Source: an uncultured Candidatus Poseidoniales archaeon (GTDB lineage: Archaea > Thermoplasmatota > Poseidoniia > Poseidoniales > Thalassarchaeaceae). From it: 64,000 bases of DNA. The stretch is from contig CAZXZO010000005.1 of the NCBI GenBank assembly GCA_964645485.1, positions 15,269 to 79,268 of the forward strand. Reading direction: 5' to 3'. The position numbers and the translations under genes were made by a program. Shown piece after piece: positions 58,508-64,000 of the stretch. The first letter of the stretch is position 1. Every line of letters starts with the position of its first letter. The notes beneath the pieces were generated by a model. That model searched no databases, was not told where the DNA came from, and saw nothing but the letters and a program-made list of their open reading frames with translations.

Positions 58508-58978
58508 ATGACGACATTCCACGATGTTCCAACAAATTTGCTTTTGCCAGTATTGGCAGAAAGAATGAACAGTTACGATTCAGTTTCTCGACCTGAATGG
58601 GCACTACATGTTAAGACCGGTGTACATAGAGAAAGACCTCCAACTCAAGAAAACTGGTGGGATATTAGGACCGCAGCGGTTCTTCGTAAGGTGGCAATTC
58701 ATGCACCTGTTGGCGTAAATCACCTTTCACAAATGTTTGGTGGCGCACGTGACAGAGGTAGTGCACCTAGTAGAGCAAAATCCGGTTCACGGCATATCAC
58801 TCGTACAGTTTTACAACAGTTAGAACAAGCAGGCTTGGTTGAAACCAAGAAAAATACTGCAGGTACAATCACACTTGGCCGAGTATTAACATCCGCTGGC
58901 CACAAATTAATCAATGAAGTTGCACATGAAGTAAGACCTACCGCAGAAGCAACAGCACCAGGATTGACAAAGTACTGA
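58508..58978 (+). CDS. rps19e: 30S ribosomal protein S19e
   Basis: MTTFHDVP, PEWALHVKTGVHRERPP, WWDIRTAAVLRK and GSRHITRTVLQQLE. Confidence 0.95.
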   Translation: MTTFHDVPTNLLLPVLAERMNSYDSVSRPEWALHVKTGVHRERPPTQENWWDIRTAAVLRKVAIHAPVGVNHLSQMFGGARDRGSAPSRAKSGSRHITRTVLQQLEQAGLVETKKNTAGTITLGRVLTSAGHKLINEVAHEVRPTAEATAPGLTKY

Positions 58979-58997
58979 GCGGAGATAGGTGGGGTAG

Positions 58998-59366
58998 GTG
59001 TCAGAGGCAATGTCAATCGATGACAGCGAACTCGAGAAAATGCGCGCCGCTCGCCTCGCCGAAGTTCAAAACCAGATTGAAAGTCAGGCTGAACAGCAGT
59101 TGGCTGCTGAAGAACAACAAGTAGCCGCAGACCAAGAATCCTCTGCACTCAATGAAGCAATGCGGTCCATTCTGACTCCTGAATCAAGAGAGAGATTAGG
59201 TAGAGTTGAGTTAACTCGCCCAGAAATAGCACTAGGTGTAAAGCGCCATCTTGTCAATCTCCACAGCGAAGGTCGTTTACAGACTCCAGTAGATGATTCT
59301 ACTTTGAAAGCGGTTCTTGCACAACTAAATTCGAATCGTCGAGAGTCGTCAATCCGAAGAATTTGA
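58998..59366 (+). CDS. PDCD5/TFAR19-family dsDNA-binding protein
   Basis: ELEKMRAARLAE and ILTPESRERLGRVELTRPE. It sits in the conserved position after rps19e. Confidence 0.9.
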   Translation: MSEAMSIDDSELEKMRAARLAEVQNQIESQAEQQLAAEEQQVAADQESSALNEAMRSILTPESRERLGRVELTRPEIALGVKRHLVNLHSEGRLQTPVDDSTLKAVLAQLNSNRRESSIRRI

Positions 59367-59375
59367 GGTGAAAAT

Positions 59376-59531
59376 ATGGCAAGAAATAAACCAGCTCCCA
59401 AAAAGAAACGCCTGAATAAAGTTACCAAAACTAACCGCAGAGTCCCTGTTTGGGTTATGCAAAAAACAGGACGCAACTTCACATCCCACAGTAAGCGCCA
59501 CCACTGGCGCAGGAGCAAGTTGCAGAGGTGA
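59376..59531 (+). CDS. rpl39e: 50S ribosomal protein L39e (absent from the ORF track)
   Basis: [51 protein letters not shown], preceded by GAGGTGA. Confidence 0.95.
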   Translation: MARNKPAPKKKRLNKVTKTNRRVPVWVMQKTGRNFTSHSKRHHWRRSKLQR

Positions 59532-59536
59532 TTATC

Positions 59537-59827
59537 ATGGCTGATGCAAAATTATTCCACGGTAGTCGCCACTATACAGTCCCTCTTCGAGCAGCATGGG
59601 CTTGCCCTCGCACAAAGAGAGCAAAGAGAGCCATTGAGGTTCTCAAGAAGTTTGTACGCCGTCACATGAAAGTTCAAGATGATGAAAATATTTGGATTGA
59701 TGAGGGTGTGAATCAAGAAATTTGGTCTCGAGGCATTCAGAAACCTCCACGCCGTGTCCACATTGTTGTTGACCGTGTTGACGGTGACGATAGAATTCAA
59801 GTTCTACTTGATGAGGCAAAATACTGA
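59537..59827 (+). CDS. rpl31e: 50S ribosomal protein L31e
   Basis: YTVPLR, RTKRAKRAI, FVRRHMK and NQEIWSRGIQKPP. Confidence 0.95.
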   Translation: MADAKLFHGSRHYTVPLRAAWACPRTKRAKRAIEVLKKFVRRHMKVQDDENIWIDEGVNQEIWSRGIQKPPRRVHIVVDRVDGDDRIQVLLDEAKY

Positions 59828-59836
59828 GGTGTAACA

Positions 59837-60049
59837 ATGGGAAATATTAGACCATCATTCATTAAAATTAGAGCAATTGCACTCTGTGAAGAATATCCTG
59901 ACAAGTTCGGGGCTGACTTTGATGAGAATAAGAAATTAGTTGAGGAGTTTACAGACCTTGTAGGCGAGGATGGTAGACTCGTCAACAAAAGAATGCGCAA
60001 TTGGATTGCAGGGTATATCACCCGTTACAAGCAGCGCCGAGTAGATTAA
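59837..60049 (+). CDS. rps17e: 30S ribosomal protein S17e
   Basis: [22 protein letters not shown] and [13 protein letters not shown]. Confidence 0.95.
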   Translation: MGNIRPSFIKIRAIALCEEYPDKFGADFDENKKLVEEFTDLVGEDGRLVNKRMRNWIAGYITRYKQRRVD

Positions 60050-60063
60050 TCAGAGGTGGGCGC

Positions 60064-60291
60064 TTGGTCGTCCAGCCATTAGAATTTTTTTGGAGCCATG
60101 AGCCTCCGTATGTTCGCCATCCTTCAGCAGAAGTTTTGGATGAGTTCTTCAATTGGCTTCGAGAACAAGGTGTAGCCAAAAGGAGCATTCCAATACCAGA
60201 CAGAGAAACTGGCCAATGGTTACTTTTCATCTATCAGCCTGTAGACAAAGACTCACTAGAAGCATGGATACCAACTGAACAAGGGGAATAA
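60064..60291 (+). CDS. Small hypothetical protein
   Basis: A TTG start follows GAGGTG, and the ORF fills the gap between rps17e and trmJ. Confidence 0.6.
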   Translation: MVVQPLEFFWSHEPPYVRHPSAEVLDEFFNWLREQGVAKRSIPIPDRETGQWLLFIYQPVDKDSLEAWIPTEQGE

Positions 60292-60293
60292 AC

Positions 60294-61088
60294 ATGGGTT
60301 TGAATTTGTCAATTCCTCTACCTGAACGGATGGCAGAGGTCATCGTTGTGTTAATTGAGCCAGAAATTCAGGGCAATGTCGGCGCAGTAGCCAGATCAAT
60401 GAGAAATTTTGGCTTTGACAATTTAAGATTAATTTCAAAATCAGGTTACAAATTTGAGGATGAAGCCTTAGCACGCTCTAAACACGCTAAATCAGTGTTA
60501 GAAAATGCACAAATTTTCCCCGATTGGGATTCATGTATGCAAGATATCTCAATTGTAGTTGGTTCATCTGGCAAAAGAGAAATGGGCGAAAAAATTGCTT
60601 TCAGACACTTTGTAATGCCTAAAGAAGTTGCACAACGAATCCACGATGTGGATGGGAAGGTAGCAATCGTTTTTGGTCGAGAAGGCGTTGGCATTTTGAC
60701 TGAGGAATTGCAGATGTGTGATATTCTAGTCACTATACCTACTTGGGAAGGCTACCCAATTTTGAACCTCAGTCACGCAGTTACCATTCTCCTTTATGAG
60801 ATGCATATGGGATTAATTGCTACAGAATTAGGAGAACAAGAAGGATTACCGCGCACGACTAAGCAAACGAGGTTGCTAGATCCTGAATTGAGGAGAAGGA
60901 TTCACACTCTGACTGAAGAATTAGCACAAGCAGTTGATGTTCAAGAGCACAAGCGGCCTGGCATTGGGGAAACTCTAAAACGAGTATTGATGCGGAGTAT
61001 GCCTTTAGATGATGAAGCGCATAGAATTCTTGGAGTGTTGAAACAATCACGGGATGCACTGAAAGAAAAATACCCTGAAGAAGAGTAA
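60294..61088 (+). CDS. trmJ: SPOUT tRNA methyltransferase, TrmJ family
   Basis: VLIEPEIQGNVGAVARSMRNFG, IVFGREGVG and PILNLSHAV. Confidence 0.88.
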   Translation: MGLNLSIPLPERMAEVIVVLIEPEIQGNVGAVARSMRNFGFDNLRLISKSGYKFEDEALARSKHAKSVLENAQIFPDWDSCMQDISIVVGSSGKREMGEKIAFRHFVMPKEVAQRIHDVDGKVAIVFGREGVGILTEELQMCDILVTIPTWEGYPILNLSHAVTILLYEMHMGLIATELGEQEGLPRTTKQTRLLDPELRRRIHTLTEELAQAVDVQEHKRPGIGETLKRVLMRSMPLDDEAHRILGVLKQSRDALKEKYPEEE

Positions 61089-61538
61089 TCATGGTCTCCA
61101 AGTGGCCCAAGATTTGGGTGTTTCACGTACATGAAATGCTGAAAGTCGCAAAGAATTTCCATATGAGGTTTCTATGTGAGGAGATACTTGTTCAAAGGCC
61201 CATTTAGCCAAATTTTCAGCAGTTGGGATAAAAGGTACTGTAACGGTTCTGTGGTCCTCACCCATTTTTTCCATTGCTGCTAAAGCATCGGCATCTTTCT
61301 CATAAACGATGAAGGAGTGGTCAACAACATCGTGTATTTTCTCATTCAAGATTTGAGAAATATCTGAAAAATCAATCAACATTCCTTCTTCCGAGACGCC
61401 AGATGCTGTGACAACATCACCTTCAACTTCTGCCTCCCAACGATAGCGGTGTCCGTGGAAGTGTCTGCACTTACTCTTGTGATTAGGAACACGGTGACCG
61501 GTATCGGTCTCTACCCATCTTCGAATACTTGTAGTCAT
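61089..61538 (-). CDS. queD: 6-carboxy-5,6,7,8-tetrahydropterin synthase
   Basis: GHRV, KCRHFHGHRY, IDFSDI, PTAENLA and VRETPKSWA. Confidence 0.92.
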   Translation of the reverse strand: MTTSIRRWVETDTGHRVPNHKSKCRHFHGHRYRWEAEVEGDVVTASGVSEEGMLIDFSDISQILNEKIHDVVDHSFIVYEKDADALAAMEKMGEDHRTVTVPFIPTAENLAKWAFEQVSPHIETSYGNSLRLSAFHVRETPKSWATWRP

Positions 61539-61936
61539 TATTCATCCCCCCTGAACTGGACACTAGCGGAATTAATGCAATATCTCTCCCCACCCTGGTC
61601 TTTAGGTCCATCCTCAAACACATGGCCTAAGTGTGCATCACAGGAACCACATCTTACCTCCACTCTAACTCTCCCTCTAGTTAGGTCGGGTAATCGCTTG
61701 ATTCCTGCATTTGGGTCTTCATGGTGAAATGATGGCCATCCACAACCAGAATCGTATTTCATCTTCGAAGTGAATAAAAGATGACCACAGCAGATGCAGA
61801 AGTAATCTCCGTCTCTTTTTTCATCCCAGTAGATGCCTGTGAAAGCGGGTTCTGTGCCGTCTTCTTGAGTTACATGGTATTGGAGGTCAGTCAATCTGGC
61901 TTTCAACTCCTCTTTTCTGTCTTCTTCTGTACTCAT
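61538..61936 (-). CDS. msrB: Peptide methionine-(R)-sulfoxide reductase
   Basis: GTEPAF, CICC, KYDSGCGWPSF, CGSC, HLGHVFEDGP and RYCINS. Confidence 0.95.
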   Translation of the reverse strand: MSTEEDRKEELKARLTDLQYHVTQEDGTEPAFTGIYWDEKRDGDYFCICCGHLLFTSKMKYDSGCGWPSFHHEDPNAGIKRLPDLTRGRVRVEVRCGSCDAHLGHVFEDGPKDQGGERYCINSASVQFRGDE

Positions 61937-62724
61937 GTCGTCACTCCCCTGTGATTTGCTTCAACGGTTAGCGCGTCTTTGAGAACTTCATCCCACGGTT
62001 TCACGTATTGGATAGGGTCGGTTCTTCCAATTGCATGGAATGCTAGAATTCTCTCAACGTCTGAACCAGATTGACCTGAAGAGCGACCAGTTTTGTCAGG
62101 GTTGTAGGAGGTTATTGTATTTGAGAAAACGGTGTCAAAATCCAATCCAAGTCGAGAAATTGTCTTTTCTGCATCTCTGAGAATAGTCTCTTTGTGGCCG
62201 TCAATGTACGGAAGAGAAAATGCTACGAATTCGGAATCCCAATTGCCGATCTCAAATGCCTGAGAAAGCGCTCGATAAAAGTCAGGACGGCAATCTGGAT
62301 AAATCGCGTGGTCACCAGAATGAACTCCTAAAGCGATTACAACATTCACTTTGTCTTTAATTGCTATAGACAGTGCGTGTCCATACAATATTGATGCGAA
62401 AATTGCATTACGATTTGGCACTACAGTTTGTTTCATTTGTTCTTGTTCGTAGTGACCTTCAGGCACTTGCATTGATTCATCAGTCAAAGCAGAATGGAAT
62501 GATGACATGGCTGAAGTCAAGTCAATGACTTGATGATTGACGTGGTAACCATTTTTTGCAAGATAGGTTAGATTTGCTTGGGCTCGTTGTACTTCAACCA
62601 AATGTTTCTGGCCATAATTATACGAGATTGCATTAACCTCGTAACCATCCGCTAAAAGCCTCATCAAAAGTGCGGTTGAATCCATTCCACCACTCAAAGC
62701 CATTACAGCCACTTTTTGGGACAC
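61933..62724 (-). CDS. queC: 7-cyano-7-deazaguanine (preQ0) synthase, variant lacking the Zn-binding Cys cluster
   Basis: SGGMDS, YNYGQKH, TVVPNRNAIF and HSGDHAIYPDCRP. The C-terminal region is TSY...SSGQSGSD. Confidence 0.9.
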   Translation of the reverse strand: MSQKVAVMALSGGMDSTALLMRLLADGYEVNAISYNYGQKHLVEVQRAQANLTYLAKNGYHVNHQVIDLTSAMSSFHSALTDESMQVPEGHYEQEQMKQTVVPNRNAIFASILYGHALSIAIKDKVNVVIALGVHSGDHAIYPDCRPDFYRALSQAFEIGNWDSEFVAFSLPYIDGHKETILRDAEKTISRLGLDFDTVFSNTITSYNPDKTGRSSGQSGSDVERILAFHAIGRTDPIQYVKPWDEVLKDALTVEANHRGVTT

Positions 62725-63422
62725 TAGTCAACCCCCATCCATTTGTGAGTTTGCAGACTGAGATTCCAACCCTTGTTGTTTCTAACCATCTCAAAAGTAG
62801 ACCTGAAATTCATCCCGTTCCATTCTGCACCTTTGTTCTCATCATAGCAAGGCTGCAAAAAACGGTGTTCAAATCCGGCAAGGAGTTCGTCGTACATATC
62901 TAATGTTTGACCAACCCAAACTACCTTGAGTTCATCCCCCACACGCTGACGAATCTTTACTGAACTATACAGTTGGTCCTTTGGTGAGACACAAATCCAG
63001 TCGACCACATTTTCAGGAATCTCTATGGTTCCGTTTGTTTCAATTGCCAATTCATATCCCATTGGCCTGAGTATTTTGGATAGTGATGCCAAATCTTGTA
63101 GAGCAGGCTCACCGCCAGTTAGCACAATGCGGTTACAATCCCATGGTGCCATTTCTCTGATTATTTGACGCAGAGTCAAATTTTCCCAGACATCAAAAGA
63201 TGTATCACACCATTCACAAGCAAGGTTACACCCTCCAAATCTGATGAATATTGAAGGTACTCCTGTGTGGAAACCTTCACCCTGTACTGAGTAAAAAATT
63301 TCGACAATTGGGAATTGCTGCTCTAATGGGTCATCTGGAGTAGGAGATTTGTCAGGAATAATTGATTCATCAATAATTGGAACTAAGGGAAGTGCAATCA
63401 ATTCTGGTGTATCATCTTTCAT
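62724..63422 (-). CDS. queE: 7-carboxy-7-deazaguanine synthase (radical SAM)
   Basis: EIFYSVQGEG, RFGGCNLACEWCDT, TGGEP, ETNGT, VSPK and SLQTHK. Confidence 0.93.
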   Translation of the reverse strand: MKDDTPELIALPLVPIIDESIIPDKSPTPDDPLEQQFPIVEIFYSVQGEGFHTGVPSIFIRFGGCNLACEWCDTSFDVWENLTLRQIIREMAPWDCNRIVLTGGEPALQDLASLSKILRPMGYELAIETNGTIEIPENVVDWICVSPKDQLYSSVKIRQRVGDELKVVWVGQTLDMYDELLAGFEHRFLQPCYDENKGAEWNGMNFRSTFEMVRNNKGWNLSLQTHKWMGVD

Positions 63423-63454
63423 TTTAAGCCCTCATTGTAACATAGTTTTCAATT

Positions 63455-64000
63455 TTAATTTGATAATGGTGCACTGCGAATAAGTTGCATCAATTCGGTA
63501 CGTGCTTCAGATTTATCGAAGAAAACACCACGCATTTGAGAAGTAGTCATGACTGAATTTTGTTTCTTTACTCCTCGGCATTGCATACAGCCATGTGATG
63601 CTTCAAGAATTACCGCACATCCAAGAGGTTTCAGGTGAGTCTCTAAATCGTCTGCAATCCCTTTAGTGATCCGTTCCTGGTTTTGTAGGCGTCTTGCATG
63701 CATCTCTAGAATTCGTGCTAACTTGCTGATGCCTACAATTCTCTCAGTTGGTATGTATGCCACATGTCCCCGACCATGAAATGGTTGTAAATGGTGTTCA
63801 CAAGTTGAGTGAAATTCAATGTCACGCAGTAAAACTATTCCATCATATCCTTCTGCATTAAACGTGGCATCTAGTACATCGGATGGGTCTTCTGAATATC
63901 CGTTAAAAATTTCCGAAAAAGATTCAATTACACGCTCAGGTGTTCTAGCCAACCCTTCCCTAAGTGTACCATTTTCTCCCTCAATATAACGAATAATTGT
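63455..64000 (-). CDS. folE: GTP cyclohydrolase I type IA (5' end outside the window)
   Basis: The frame is open to the edge: ...LREGLARTPERV, STCEHHLQPFHG, GISKLAR, LQNQER and HGCMQCRGV. Confidence 0.93.
   Translation of the reverse strand, partial: TIIRYIEGENGTLREGLARTPERVIESFSEIFNGYSEDPSDVLDATFNAEGYDGIVLLRDIEFHSTCEHHLQPFHGRGHVAYIPTERIVGISKLARILEMHARRLQNQERITKGIADDLETHLKPLGCAVILEASHGCMQCRGVKKQNSVMTTSQMRGVFFDKSEARTELMQLIRSAPLSN

Noticed and set aside
1-64000. Mobile elements, prophage, DGR or retron
   Set aside because: I saw no integrase, transposase, reverse transcriptase, capsid gene, terminal inverted repeats or template/variable repeat pair.

Overview
Archaeal chromosomal window, most consistent with a marine Thermoplasmatota genome (Marine Group II / Poseidoniales-like). 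The evidence is archaeal-type ValRS, tRNA splicing endonuclease, archease, an e-type ribosomal protein cluster, an archaeal SRP RNA and many large acidic surface proteins; the taxonomy is inferred from gene content, not from a search. The window is densely coding. It holds a PolB2 / arCOG07300-like / RadA-like DNA-repair cassette, endA, archease, SRP RNA, pyrD-pyrK-ccmE, topA, a geranylgeranyl reductase, mqnC, pepP, several giant Ca-binding or Ig-like surface proteins, an aminotransferase, an EVE protein, an RND/MMPL transporter, valS, a serA-like dehydrogenase and SOD. It also holds an NAD-linked formate dehydrogenase cluster with a divergent TrmB-V4R regulator, rps19e-PDCD5-rpl39e-rpl31e-rps17e, trmJ, and a folE-queE-queC-msrB-queD operon cut by the right edge. 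I found no tRNA, rRNA, CRISPR array, integrase or transposase. I cannot point to one unambiguous new system. The strongest candidates are four. (1) The PolB2 cassette, with a ten-unit ~35-bp repeat array directly upstream and PCNA-binding-like motifs encoded on both strands of one 52-bp overlap. (2) A 1,378-aa receptor-like surface protein ending in a cytoplasmic C4HC3 RING/PHD-like finger. (3) A PNGase F-like surface lipoprotein. (4) A proteobacterial-type FDH with a fused FdsG-FdsB subunit. All family calls come from reading motifs by eye; no database search was run.
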